Shown here piece by piece: positions 8,480 through 22,200 of a stretch of 64,000 nt of DNA (positions within the stretch are counted from its first letter, which is position 1; every line of letters begins with the position of its first letter). The DNA comes from Eledone cirrhosa (lineage: Eukaryota). A program made the translations under genes and the position numbers. A model generated the notes under the pieces. It did no database searches. It had not been told where the DNA came from and worked only from the letters and a program-made list of their open reading frames with translations. The stretch is from assembly GCA_964016885.1 (NCBI GenBank), contig OZ024740.1, positions 433,442,001-433,506,000 on the forward strand, written 5' to 3'.

Positions 8480-10520
8480 GTTTCTCTCATCTGTTTGGGA
8501 TGAAAGACCTAGTTTCTCTCATCTGTTTGGGGTGAAAGACCTAGTTTCTCTCATCTGTTTGAGGTGAGAGACCTAGTTTCTCTCATCTGTTTGAGGTGAA
8601 AGACCTAGTTTCTCTCATCTGTTTGAGGTGAAAGACCTAGTTTCTCTCATCTGTTTGGGGTGAAAGACCTAGTTTCTGTCATCTGTTTGGGATGAAAGAC
8701 CTAGTTTCTCTCATCTGTTTGGGATGAAAGACTTAGTTTCATCTCTTTGGGATGAAAGACCCAATTTGTCTCATCTGTTTGGGGTGAAAGACCGAGTTTC
8801 TCTCATCTGTTTGGGGTGAAAGACCGAGTTTCTCTCATCTGTTTGAGCTGAAAGACCTAGTTTCTCTCATCTGTTTGAGTTGAAAGACCTAGTTTCTCTC
8901 ATCTGTTTGGGGTGAATGACCTAGTTTCTCTCATCTGCTTGGGATGAAAGACCTAGTTTCTCTCATCTGTTTGGGGTGAAAGACCTAGTTTCTCTCATCT
9001 GTTTGGGATGAAAGACCTAGTTTCTCTCATCTGTTTGGGGTGAAAGATCTAGTTTCTCTCATCTGTTTGAGATGAGAGACCTAGTTTCTCTCATCTGTTT
9101 CAGGTGAAAGACCTAGTTTCTCTCATCTGTTTGAGGTGAAAGACCTAGTTTCTCTCATCTGTTTGAGGTGAAAGACCTAGTTTCTGTCATCTGTTTGGGG
9201 TGAAAGACCTAGTTTCTGTCATCTGTTTGGGATGAAAGACCTAGTTTCTCTCATCTGTTTAGGATGAAAGACTTAGTTTCTCCCATCTGTTTGAGGTGAA
9301 ACACCTATTTTCTCTCATCTGTTTAGGATGAAAGACCTAGTTTCTTTCATCTGTTTGAGGTGAAAGACCTAGTTTCCCTCATCTGTTTGGGTTGAAAGAC
9401 CAAGTTTCTTTTATCTGTTTGGGCTGAAAGACCTAGTTTCTCTCATCTGTTTCGGGTGAAAGACCTATTTTCTCTCATCTGTTTGGGGTGAAAGACGTAG
9501 TTTCTCTCATCTGTTTGGGATGAAAGACCTAGTTTCTCTCATCTGTTTGGGGTGAAAGACCTAGTTTCTCTCATCTGTTTGAGGTGAGAGACCTAGTTTC
9601 TCTCATCTGTTTGAGGTGAAAGACCTAGTTTCTCTCATCTGTTTGAGGTGAAAGACCTAGTTTCTCTCATCTGTTTGGGGTGAAAGACCTAGTTTCTGTC
9701 ATCTGTTTGGGATGAAAGACCTAGTTTCTCTCATCTGTTTGGGATGAAAGACTTAGTTTCATCTCTTTGGGATGAAAGACCTAATTTGTCTCATCTGTTT
9801 GGGGTGAAAGACCGAGTTTCTCTCATCTGTTTGAGCTGAAAGACTTAGTTTCTCTCATCTGTTTGAGGTGAAAGACCTAGTTTCTCTCATCTGTTTGGGG
9901 TGAATGACCTAGTTTCTCTCATCTGTTTGAGGTGAAAGACCTAGTTTCTCTCATCTGCTTGGGATGAAAGACCTAGTTTCTCTCATCTGTTTGGGGTGAA
10001 AGACCTAGTTTCTCTCATCTGTTTGGGATGAAAGACCTAGTTTCTCTCATCTGTTTGGGGTGAAAGACCTAGTTTCTCTCATCTGTTTGAGATGAGAGAC
10101 CTAGTTTCTCTCATCTGTTTGAGGTGAAAGACCTAGTTTCTCTCATCTGTTTGAGGTGAAAGACCTAGTTTCTCTCATCTGTTTGAGGTGAAAGACCTAG
10201 TTTCTCTCATCTGTTTGGGGTGAAAGACCTAGTTTCTGTCATCTGTTTGGGATGAAAGACCTAGTTTCTCTCATCTGTTTAGGATGAAAGACTTAGTTTC
10301 TCCCATCTGTTTGAGGTGAAACACCTATTTTCTCTCATCTGTTTAGGATGAAAGACCTAGTTTCTTTCATCTGTTTGAGGTGAAAGACCTAGTTTCCCTC
10401 ATCTGTTTGGGTTGAAAGACCCAGTTTCTTTTATCTGTTTGGGCTGAAAGACCTAGTTTCTCTCATCTGTTTCGGGTGAAAGACCTATTTTCTCTCATCT
10501 GTTTGGGGTGAAAGACCTAG
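8480..10520 (+). repeat. ~1020-bp higher-order tandem duplication (~32 monomers), with a third copy at ~12100-13050
   Basis: Marker ACTTAGTTTCATCTCTTTGG at 8731, 9751 and 12394. Marker TCCCATCTGTTTGAGGTGAAACACCTATTT at 9281, 10301 and ~12847. Confidence 0.85.
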
Positions 10521-13229
10521 TTTCTCTCATGTTTGGAGTGAAAGACCTAGTTTCTGTCATCAGTTTGAGGTGAAAGACCTAGTTTTTCTCATCTGTTTGG
10601 GGTGAAAGACCTAGTTTCTTTCATCTGTTTGAGGTTAAAGACCTAGTTTCTCTCATCTATTTGAGGTGAAAGACCTAGTTTCTCTCATCTGTTTGGGATG
10701 AAAGACCTAGTTGCTCTTATCTGTTTGGGAGGAAATACCTAGTTTCTCTCATCTGTTGGGATGAAAGACCTAGTTTCTGTCATTCGTTTGGCGTGAAAGA
10801 CCTAGTTTCTCTCATCTGTTTGGGGTCAAAGTCCTAGTTTCTTTCATCTGTTTGGGGTAAAAGACCTAGTTTCTCTCATCTGTTTGGGGTGAAAGACCTA
10901 GTTGCTCTTATCTGTTTGGGAGGAAAGACCTAGTTTCTCTCATCTGTTGGGATGAAAGACCTAGTTTCTGTCATTCGTTTGGCGTGAAAGACCTAGTTTC
11001 TCTCATCTGTTTGGGATGAAAGACTTAGTTTCTCCTATCTGTTTGAGGTGAAACACCTATTTTCTCTCATCTGTTTAGCATGAAAGACCTAGTTTCTTTC
11101 ATCTGTTTGAGGTGAAAGACCTAGTTTCTCTCATCTGTTTGAGGTGAAAGACCTAGTTTCTCTCATCTGTTTGGGGTAAAAGACCTAGTTTCTCTCATCT
11201 TTTTGGGATAAAAGCCCTAGTTTCTCTCATCTGTTAGGGATGAAAGCCCTAGTTTCTCTCATCTGTTTGAGATGAAAGACCTAAATTCTCTCATCTGTTG
11301 GGATGAAAGACCTAGTTTCTGTCATTCGTTTGGCATGAAAGACCTAGTTTCTCTCATCTGTTTAAGGTGAAAGACCTAGTTTCTTTCATCTGTTTGGGGT
11401 GAAAGACCTAGTTTCTGTCATCTGTTTGGGGTGAAAGACCTAGTTTCTCTCATCTGTTTCGGGTGAAAGAACTAGTTTCTGTCATCTGTTTGGGGTCAAA
11501 GTCCTAGTTTCTGTCATCTTTTTGGGGTGAAAGACCTAGTTTCTCTCATCTGTTTGGCATGAAAGACCTAGTTTCTCTCATCTGTTTGAGGTGAAAGACC
11601 TAGTTTATTTCATCTGTTTGGGATGAAAGACCTAGTGTCTCCTCTGTTGGGATGAAAGACCTAGTTTCTGTCATTCGTTTGGCGTGAAAGACCTAGTTTC
11701 TCTCATCTGTTTGGGGTGAAAGACCTAGTTTCTTTCATCTGTTTGGGGAGAAAGACCTAGTTTCTGTCATCTGTTTGGGCTGAAAGACCTAGTTTCTGTC
11801 ATCTTTTTGGGTTGAAAGACCTAGTTTCTCTCATCTGTTTGGGATGAAAGACCTAGTTTCTTTCATCTGTTTGGGGTAAAAGACCTAGTTTCTCTCATCT
11901 GTTTGGGGTGAAAGACCTAGTTGCTCTTATCTGTTTGGGAGGAAAGACCTAGTTTCTCTCATCTGTTGGGATGAAAGACCTAGTTTCTGTCATTCGTTTG
12001 GCGTGAAAGACCTAGTTTGTCTCATCTGTTTGGGGTCAAAGTCCTAGTTTCTGTCATCTTTTTGGGGTGAAAGACCTAGTTTCTCTCATCTGTTTCGGGT
12101 GAAAGACCTATTTTCTCTCATCTGTTTGGGGTGAAAGACCTAGTTTCTCTCATCTGTTTGGGATGAAAGACCTAGTTTCTCTCATCTGTTTTGGGTGAAA
12201 GACCTAGTTTCTCTCATCTGTTTGAGGTGAGAGACCTAGTTTCTCTCATCTGTTTGAGGTGAAAGACCTAGTTTCTCTCATCTGTTTGAGGTGAAAGACC
12301 TAGTTTCTCTCATCTGTTTGGGGTGAAAGACCTAGTTTCTGTCATCTGTTTGGGATGAAAGACCTAGTTTCTCTCATCTGTTTGGGATGAAAGACTTAGT
12401 TTCATCTCTTTGGGATGAAAGACCTAATTTGTCTCATCTGTTTGGGGTGAAAGACCGAGTTTCTCTCATCTGTTTGAGCTGAAAGACCTAGTTTCTCTCA
12501 TCTGTTTGAGGTGAAAGACCTAGTTTCTCTCATCTGTTTGGGGTGAATGACCTAGTTTCTCTCATCTGTTTGGGATGAAAGACCTAGTTTCTCTCATCTG
12601 TTTGGGGTGAAAGACCTAGTTTCTCATCTGTTTGAGATGAGAGACCTAGTTTCTCTCATCTGTTTGAGGTGAAAGACCTAGTTTCTCTCATCTGTTTGAG
12701 GTGAAAGACCTAGTTTCTCTCATCTGTTTGAGGTGAAAGACCTAGTTTCTCTCATCTGTTTGGGGTGAAAGACCTAGTTTCTGTCATCTGTTTGGGATGA
12801 AAGACCTAGTTTCTCTCACCTGTTTAGGATGAAAGACTTAGTTTCTCCCATCTGTTTGAGGTGAAACACCTATTTTCTCTCATCTGTTTAGGATGAAAGA
12901 CCTAGTTTCTTTCATCTGTTTGAGGTGAAAGACCTAGTTTCCCTCATCTGTTTGGGTTGAAAGACCGAGTTTCTTTTATCTGTTTGGGCTGAAAGACCTA
13001 GTTTCTCTCATCTGTTTCGGGTGAAAGACCTATTTTCTCTCATCTGTTTGGGGTGAAAGACCTAGTTTCTCTCATGTTTGGAGTGAAAGACCTAGTTTCT
13101 GTCATCAGTTTGAGGTGAAAGACCTAGTTTTTCTCATCTGTTTGGGGTGAAAGACCTAGTTTCTTTCATCTGTTTGAGGTGAAAGACCTAGTTTCTCTCA
13201 TCTATTTGAGGTGAAAGACCTAGTTTCTC

Positions 13230-16200
13230 TCATCTGTTTGGGGTGAAAGACCTAGTTGCTCTTATCTGTTTGGGAGGAAAGACCTAGTTTCTCTCATCTG
13301 TTGGGATGAAAGACCTAGTTTCTGTCATCTGTTTGAGGTGAAAGACCTAGTTTCTCTCATCTGTTTGGGGTAAAAGACCTAGTTTCTCTCATCTTTTGGG
13401 GATAAAAGCCCTAGTTTCTCTCATCTGTTAGGGATGAAAGCCCTAGTTTCTCTCATCTGTTTGAGATGAAAGACCTAAATTCTCTCATCTGTTGGGATGA
13501 CAGACCTAGTTTCTGTCATTCGTTTGGCATGAATGACCTAGTTTCTCTCATCTGTTTAAGGTGAAAGACCTAGTTTCTTTCATCTGTTTGGGGTGAAAGA
13601 CCTAGTTTCTGTCATCTGTTTGGGGTGAAAGACCTAGTTTCTCTCATCTGTTTCGGGTGAAAGAACTAGTTTCTGTCATCTGTTTGGGGTCAAAGTCCTA
13701 GTTTCTGTCATCTTTTTGGGGTGAAAGACCTAGTTTCTCTCATCTGTTTGGCATGAAAGACCTAGTTTCTCTCATCTGTTTGAGGTGAAAGACCTAGTTT
13801 ATTTCATCTGTTTGGGATGAAAGACCTAGTGTCTCATCTGTTGGGATGAAAGACCTAGTTTCTGTCATTCGTTTGGCGTGAAAGACCTAGTTTCTCTCAT
13901 CTGTTTGGGGTGAAAGACCTATTTTCTGTCATCTGTTTGAGGTGAAAGACCTAGTTTCTCTCATCTGTTTGGGATGAAAGACCTAGTTTCTTTCATCTGT
14001 TTGGGGTAAAAGACCTAGTTTCTCTCATCTGTTTGGGGTGAAAGACCTAGTTGCTCTTATCTGTTTGGGAGGAAAGACCTAGTTTCTCTCATCTGTTGGG
14101 ATGAAAGACCTAGTTTCTGTCATTCGTTTGGCGTGAAAGACCTAGTTTCTCTCATCTGTTTGGGGTCAAAGTCCTAGTTTCTGTCATCTTTTTGGGGTGA
14201 AAGACCTAGTTTCTCTCATCTGTTTGGGATGAAAGACCTAGTTTCTTTCATCTGTTTGGGGTAAAAGACCTAGTTTCTCTCATCTGTTTCGGGTGGAAGA
14301 ACTAGTTTCTGTCATCTGTTTGGGGTCAAAGTCCTAGTTTCTGTCATCTTTTTGGGGTGAAAGACCTAGTTTCTCTCATCTGTTTGGGATGAAAGACCTA
14401 GTTTCTCTCATCTGTTGGGGGTGAAAGACCTAGTTTCTCTCATCTGTTCCGGGTGAAAGACCTAGTTTCTCTCATCTGTTTGAGGTGAAAGACCTAGTTT
14501 CTCTCATCTGTTTGGGGTGAAAGACCTAGTTTCTCTCATCTGTTTGGGGTGAAAGACCTAGTTTCTTTCATCTGTTTGAGGTGAAAGACCTAGTTTCTCT
14601 CATCTGTTTGGGGTTAAAGACCTAGTTTCTCTCATCTGTTTGCGGTGAAAGACCTAGTTTCTCTCATCTGTTTGAGGTGAAAGACCTACTTTTTCTCATC
14701 TGTTTGGGGTGAAAGACCTAGTTTCTTTCATGTGTTTGGGATGAAAAACCTAGTTTCTCTCCTCTGTTTGGGGTGAAAGACCTAGTTTGTCTCATCTGTT
14801 TGAGGTGAAAGACCTAGTTTCTCTCATCTGTTTGGGGTGAAAGACCTACTTTCTCTCATCTGTTTGGGATGAAAGTCCTAGTCTCTCACATCTGTTTGGG
14901 ACGAAAGTCCTAGTCTCTCTCATCTGTTTGGGGTGAAAGACTTAGTTTCTCTCATCTGTTTGGGGGGGAAGACCTAGTTTCTCTCATCTGTTTGAGGTGA
15001 AAGACCTAGTTTCTCTTATCTGTTTGGGATGAAAGATCTAGTTTCTCTCATCTGTTTGGGGTGAAAGACCTAGTTTCTCTCATCTGTTTGGGGTGAAAGA
15101 CCTAGTTTCTCTCATCTGTTTAAGATGAAAGACGTAGTTTCTTTCATCTGTTTGGGGTGAAAGACCTAGTTTCTCTCATCTGTTGGGATAAAAGACCTAG
15201 TTTCTCTCATCTGTGGGGATGAAAGACCTAGTTTCTCTCATCTGTGGGGATGAAAGACCTAGTTTCTCTCATCTGTTGGGATGAAAGACCTAGTTTCTCT
15301 CATCTGTTTGGGGTGAAAGACCTAGTTTCTTTAATATGTTTGGGGTGAAAGACCTAGTTTGTCTCATTTGTTTGGGGTGAAAGACCTAGTTTCTTTCATC
15401 TGTTTGAGGTGAAAGACCTAGTTTCTCTCATCTGTTTGAGATGAAAGATCTAGTTTCTCTCATCTGTTTGGGGTGAAAGACCTAGTTTCTCTCATCTGTT
15501 TGAGATGAAAGACCTAGTTTCTTTCATCTGTTTGGGGTGAAAGACCTAGTTTCTCTCATCTGTTGGGATAAAAGACCTAGTTTCTCTCATCTGTTTGGGG
15601 TGAAAGACCTAGTTTCTCTCATCTGTTGGGATAAAAGACCTAGTTTCTCTCATCTGTGGCGATAAAAGACCTAGTTTCTCTCATCTGTTGGGATGAAAGA
15701 CCTAGTTTCTCTCATCTGTTTGGGGTGAAAGACCTAGTTTCTTTAATATGTTTGGGGTGAAAGACCTTGTTTGTCTCATCTGTTTGAGGTGAAAAACCTA
15801 GTTTCTCTCGTATGTTTGGGGCGAAAGACCTAGTTTCTCTCGTCTGTTTGCGGTGCAAGAGCTAGTTTATCTCATCTGTTTGGGGTGAAAGACCTAGTTT
15901 ATCTCATCTGATTGGGGTGAAAGACCTAGTTTCTCCTATCTGTTTGGGGTGAAAGACCTAGTTTCTCTCATCTCTTTGGGATGAAAGACCTAGTTTGTCT
16001 CATCTGTTTGAGGTGAAAGACCTAGTTTCTCTCATCTGTTTGGGGTGAAAGACCTACTTTCTCTCATATGTTTGGGATGAAAGTCCTAGTCTGTTGGGGT
16101 GAAAGACCTTGTTTCTCTCATCTGTTTGGGATGAAAGTCCTAGTCTCTCACATCTGTTTGGGGTGAAAGACCTTGTTTCTCTCATCTGTTTGGGATGAAA

Positions 16201-19200
16201 GTCCTAGTCTCTCTCATCTGTTTGGGTGAAAGACTTAGTTTCTCTCATCTGTTTGGGGGGAAAGACCTAGTTTCTCTCATCTGTTTGAGGTGAAAGACCT
16301 AGTTTCTCTTATCTGTTTGGGATGAAAGATCTAGTTTCTCTCATCTGTTTGGGGTGAAAGACCTAGTTTCTCTCATCTGTTTGAGATGAAAGACCTAGTT
16401 TCTTTCATCTGTTTGGGGTGAAAGACCTAGTTTCTCTCATCTGTTGGGATAAAAGACCTAGTTTCTCTCATCTGTTTGAGGTGAAAAACCTAGTTTCTCT
16501 CGTATGTTTGGGGCGAAAGACCTAGTTTCTCTCGTCTGTTTGCGGTGAAAGAGCTAGTTTGTCTCATCTGTTTGGGGTGAAAGACCTAGTTTATCTCATC
16601 TGTTTGGGGTGAAAGACCTAGTTTCTGTCATCTGTTTGAGGTGAAAGACCTAGTTTTTCTCATTTGTTTGGGGTGAAAGACCTAGTTTCTTTCATCTGTT
16701 TGAGGTGAAAGACCTAGTTTCTCTCATCTGTTTGAGATGAAAGATCTAGTTTCTCTCATCTGTTTGGGGTGAAAGACCTAGTTTCTCTCATCTGTTTGGG
16801 ATGAAAGACCTAATTTCTTTCATCTGTTTGGGGTGAAAGACCTAGTTTCTCTCATCTGTTTGGGGTGAAAGACCTAGTTTCTCTCATCTGTGGCGATGAA
16901 AGACCTAGTTTCTCTCATCTGTTGGGATGAAAGACCTAGTTTCTCTTATCTGTTTGGGATGAAAGACCTAGTTTCTTTAATATGTTTGGGGTGAAAGACC
17001 TAATTTGTCTCATCTGTTTGAGGTGAAAAACCTAGTTTCTCTCGTATGTTTGGGGCGAAAGACCTAGTTTCTCTCGTCTGTTTGCAACGAAAGAGCTAGT
17101 TTGTCTCATCTGTTTGGGGTGAAAGACCTAGTTTATCTCATCTGATTGGGGTGAAAGACCTAGTTTCTCCTATCTGTTTGGGGTGAAAGACCTAGTTTCT
17201 GTCATCTGTTTGAGGTGAAAGACCTACTTTTTCTCATCTGTTTGGGGTGAAAGACCTAGTTTCTTTCCTCTGTTTGAGGTGAAAGACCTAGTTTCTCTCA
17301 TCTGTTTGAGATGAAAGATCTAGTTTCTCTCATCTGTTTGGGGTGAAAGACCTAGTTTCTCTCATCTGTTGGGATAAAAGACCTAGTTTCTCTCATCTGT
17401 GGCGATGAAAGACCTAGTTTCTCTCATCTGTTGGGATGAAAGACCTAGTTTCTCTCATCTGTTTGGGGTGAAAGACCTAGTTTCTTTAATATGTTTGGGG
17501 TGAAAGACCTTGTTTGTCTCATCTGTTTGAGGTGAAAAACCTAGTTTCTCTCGTATGTTTGGGGCGAAAGACCTAGTTTCTCTCGTCTGTTTGCGGTGAA
17601 AGAGCTAGTTTATCTCATCTGTTTGGGGTGAAAGACCTAGTTTATCTCATCTGATTGGGGTGAAAGACCTAGTTTCTCCTATCTCTTTGGAGTGAAAGAC
17701 CTAGTTTCTCTCATCTCTTTAGGATGAAAGACCTAGTTTGTCTCATCTGTTTGAGGTGAAAGAACTAGTTTCTCTCATCTGTTTGGGGTGAAAGACCTAC
17801 TTTCTCTCATATGTTTGGGATGAAAGTCCTAGTCTGTTGGGGTGAAAGACCTTGTTTCTCTCATCTGTTTGGGATGAAAGTCCTAGTCTCTCACATCTGT
17901 TTGAGATGAAAGACCTAGTTTCTTTCATATGTTTGGGGTGTAAGACCTTGTTTCTCTCATCTGTTTGGGGTAAAAATCCTAGTTTCTCTCATCTGTTTGG
18001 GATGAAAGATTTAGTTTCTCTCATCTGTTTGGGATGAAAGATTTAGTTTCTCTCATCTGTTTGGGATGAAAGACCTAGTTTGTCTCATCTGTTTGGGGTG
18101 AAAGACCTAGTTTATCTAATCTGTTTGGGTTGAAAGACCTAGTTTCTCCAATCTGTTTGGGGTGAAAGACCTAGTTTCTTTCATATGTTTGGGATGAAAG
18201 ACTTAGTTTCTCTCATCTGTTTGGGATGAAAGACCTAGTTTCTTTCATCTGTTTGAGGTGAAAGACCTAGTTTCTGTCATTTGTTTGAGGTGAAAGACCT
18301 AGTTTCTCTCATCTGTTTGGGTTGAAAGACCTAGTTTCTCTCATCTGTTTGGGGTGAATGACCTAGTTTCTCTCATCTGTTTGGGGTGAAAGAGCTACTT
18401 TCTCACATCTGCTCGGGGTGAAAGACCTAGTTTCTCTCATCTGTTTGAGGTGAAAGACCTAGTTTCTCTCATCTGTTTGGGGTGAAAGACCTAGTTTCTC
18501 TCATCTGTTTGGGGTGAAAGACCTAGTTTCTTTCATCAGTTTGGGGTGAAAGATCTAGTTTCTTTCATCTGTTTGGGGTGAAAGACCTAGTTTATCTAAT
18601 CTGTTTGGGGTGAAAGACCTAGTTTCTGTCATCTGTTTGGGGTGAAAGACCTAGTTTCTGTCATCTGTTTGGGATGAAAGACCTAGTTCTTTCATATGTT
18701 TGGGGTGAAAGACCTAGTTTCTCTCATCTGTTTGGGATGAAAGACCTAGTTTCTTTCATCTGTTTGGAATGAAAGACCTAGTTTCATTAATCTGTTTGGG
18801 GTGAAAGACCTAGTTTCTCTCATCTGTTTGGGGTGAAAGACCTAGTTTCTTTCATCTGTTTGAGGTGAAAGACCTAGTTTCTTTCATCTGTTTGGGGTGA
18901 AAGACCTAGTTTCTCTCATCTGTTTGAGTTGAAAGACTTAGTTTCTCTCATCTGTTTGGGATGAAAGACTTAGTTTCTCTCCTCTGTTTGGCATGAAAGA
19001 CCTAGTTTGTCTCATCTGTTTGAGGTGAAAGACCTAGTTTCTTTCATCTGTTTGGGGAGAAAGACCTAGTTTCTGTCATCTGTTTGGGCTGAAAGACCTA
19101 GTTTCTGTCATCTTTTTGGGTTGAAAGACCTAGTTTCTCTCATCTGTTTGGTATGAACATCCTAGTTTCTCTCATCTGGTTGGGATGAAATACCTAGTTT

Positions 19201-22200
19201 GTCTCATCTGTTTGAGGTGAAAGACCTAGTTTCTCTTATCTGTTTGGGATGAAAGACTTAGTTTCTCTTATTTGTTTGGGATGAAAGACCTAGTTTCTTT
19301 CATCTGGTTGGGGTTAAAGACCTAGTTTGTCTCATCTGTTTGGGGTGAAAGACCTAGTTTATCTCAACTGTTTGGGGGAAAGACCTAGTTTCTCTCCTCT
19401 GTTTGGGGTAAAAGACCTAGTTTCTCTCATCTGTTTGGGGTGAAAGACCTAGTTTCTCTCATCTGTTTGGGGTGAAAGACCTAGTTTATCTCATCTGTTT
19501 GGGGTGAACGACCTGGTTTCTCTCATCTGTTTGGGGTGAAAGACCTAGTTTCTTTCATCTGTTTGAGGTGAAAGACCTAGTTTCTCTCATCTGTTAGGGG
19601 TGAAAGACCTAGTTTCTCTCATCTGTTTGGGGTGAAAGACCTAGTTCTTTCATCTGTTTGGGGTGGAAGACCTAGTTTCTCTCATCTGTTTCGGGTGAAA
19701 GAACTAGTTTCTGTCATCTTTTTGTGGTCAAAGTCCTAGTTTCTGTCATCTTTTGGGGTGAAAGACCTAGTTTCTCTCATCTGTTTGGGGTGAAAGACCT
19801 AGTTTCTTTCATCTGTTTGGGGTGAAAGACCTAGTTTCTCTCATCTGTTTGGGGTGAAAGACCTAGTTTATCTCATCTGTTTGGGGTGAAAGACCTAGTT
19901 TCTCTCATCTGTTTGGGGTGAAAGACCTAGTTGCTCTTATCTGTTTGGGAGGAAAGACCTAGTTTCTCTCATCTGTTGGGATGAAAGACCTAGTTTCTGT
20001 CATCTGTTTGAGGTGAAAGACCTAGTTTCTCTCATCTGTTTGGGGTAAAAGACCTAGTTTCTCTCATCTTTTGGGGATAAAAGCCCTAGTTTCTCTCATC
20101 TGTTAGGGATGAAAGCCCTAGTTTCTCTCATCTGTTTGAGATGAAAGACCTAAATTCTCTCATCTGTTGGGATGACAGACCTAGTTTCTGTCATTCGTTT
20201 GGCATGAATGACCTAGTTTCTCTCATCTGTTTAAGGTGAAAGACCTAGTTTCTTTCATCTGTTTGGGGTGAAAGACCTAGTTTCTGTCATCTGTTTGGGG
20301 TGAAAGACCTAGTTTCTCTCATCTGTTTCGGGTGAAAGAACTAGTTTCTGTCATCTGTTTGGGGTCAAAGTCCTAGTTTCTGTCATCTTTTTGGGGTGAA
20401 AGACCTAGTTTCTCTCATCTGTTTGGCATGAAAGACCTAGTTTCTCTCATCTGTTTGAGGTGAAAGACCTAGTTTATTTCATCTGTTTGGGATGAAAGAC
20501 CTAGTGTCTCATCTGTTGGGATGAAAGACCTAGTTTCTGTCATTCGTTTGGCGTGAAAGACCTAGTTTCTCTCATCTGTTTGGGGTGAAAGACCTATTTT
20601 CTGTCATCTGTTTGAGGTGAAAGACCTAGTTTCTCTCATCTGTTTGGGATGAAAGACCTAGTTTCTTTCATCTGTTTGGGGTAAAAGACCTAGTTTCTCT
20701 CATCTGTTTGGGGTGAAAGACCTAGTTGCTCTTATCTGTTTGGGAGGAAAGACCTAGTTTCTCTCATCTGTTGGGATGAAAGACCTAGTTTCTGTCATTC
20801 GTTTGGCGTGAAAGACCTAGTTTCTCTCATCTGTTTGGGGTCAAAGTCCTAGTTTCTGTCATCTTTTTGGGGTGAAAGACCTAGTTTCTCTCATCTGTTT
20901 GGGATGAAAGACCTAGTTTCTTTCATCTGTTTGGGGTAAAAGACCTAGTTTCTCTCATCTGTTTCGGGTGGAAGAACTAGTTTCTGTCATCTGTTTGGGG
21001 TCAAAGTCCTAGTTTCTGTCATCTTTTTGGGGTGAAAGACCTAGTTTCTCTCATCTGTTTGGGATGAAAGACCTAGTTTCTCTCATCTGTTGGGGGTGAA
21101 AGACCTAGTTTCTCTCATCTGTTCCGGGTGAAAGACCTAGTTTCTCTCATCTGTTTGAGGTGAAAGACCTAGTTTCTCTCATCTGTTTGGGGTGAAAGAC
21201 CTAGTTTCTCTCATCTGTTTGGGGTGAAAGACCTAGTTTCTTTCATCTGTTTGAGGTGAAAGACCTAGTTTCTCTCATCTGTTTGGGGTTAAAGACCTAG
21301 TTTCTCTCATCTGTTTGCGGTGAAAGACCTAGTTTCTCTCATCTGTTTGGGGTGAAAGACCTAGTTTCTCTCCTCTGTTTGGGGTGAAAGACCTAGTTTG
21401 TCTCATCTGTTTGAGGTGAAAGACCTAGTTTCTCTCATCTGTTTGGGGTGAAAGACCTACTTTCTCTCATCTGTTTGGGATGAAAGTCCTAGTCTCTCAC
21501 ATCTGTTTGGGACGAAAGTCCTAGTCTCTCTCATCTGTTTGGGGTGAAAGACTTAGTTTCTCTCATCTGTTTGGGGGGGAAGACCTAGTTTCTCTCATCT
21601 GTTTGAGGTGAAAGACCTAGTTTCTCTTATCTGTTTGGGATGAAAGATCTAGTTTCTCTCATCTGTTTGGGGTGAAAGACCTAGTTTCTCTCATCTGTTT
21701 GGGGTGAAAGACCTAGTTTCTCTCATCTGTTTAAGATGAAAGACGTAGTTTCTTTCATCTGTTTGGGGTGAAAGACCTAGTTTCTCTCATCTGTTGGGAT
21801 AAAAGACCTAGTTTCTCTCATCTGTGGGGATGAAAGACCTAGTTTCTCTCATCTGTGGGGATGAAAGACCTAGTTTCTCTCATCTGTTGGGATGAAAGAC
21901 CTAGTTTCTCTCATCTGTTTGGGGTGAAAGACCTAGTTTCTTTAATATGTTTGGGGTGAAAGACCTAGTTTGTCTCATCTGTTTGAGGTGAAACACCTAG
22001 TTTCTCTCGTATGTTTGGGGCAAAAGACCTAGTTTCTCTCGTCTGTTTGCGGTGAAAGAGCTAGTTTGTCTCATCTGTTTGGGGTGAAAGACCTAGTTTA
22101 TCTCATCTGTTTGGGGTGAAAGACCTAGTTTCTCCTATCTGTTTGGGGTGAAAGACCTAGTTTCTGTCATCTGTTTGAGGTGAAAGACCTAGTTTTTCTC

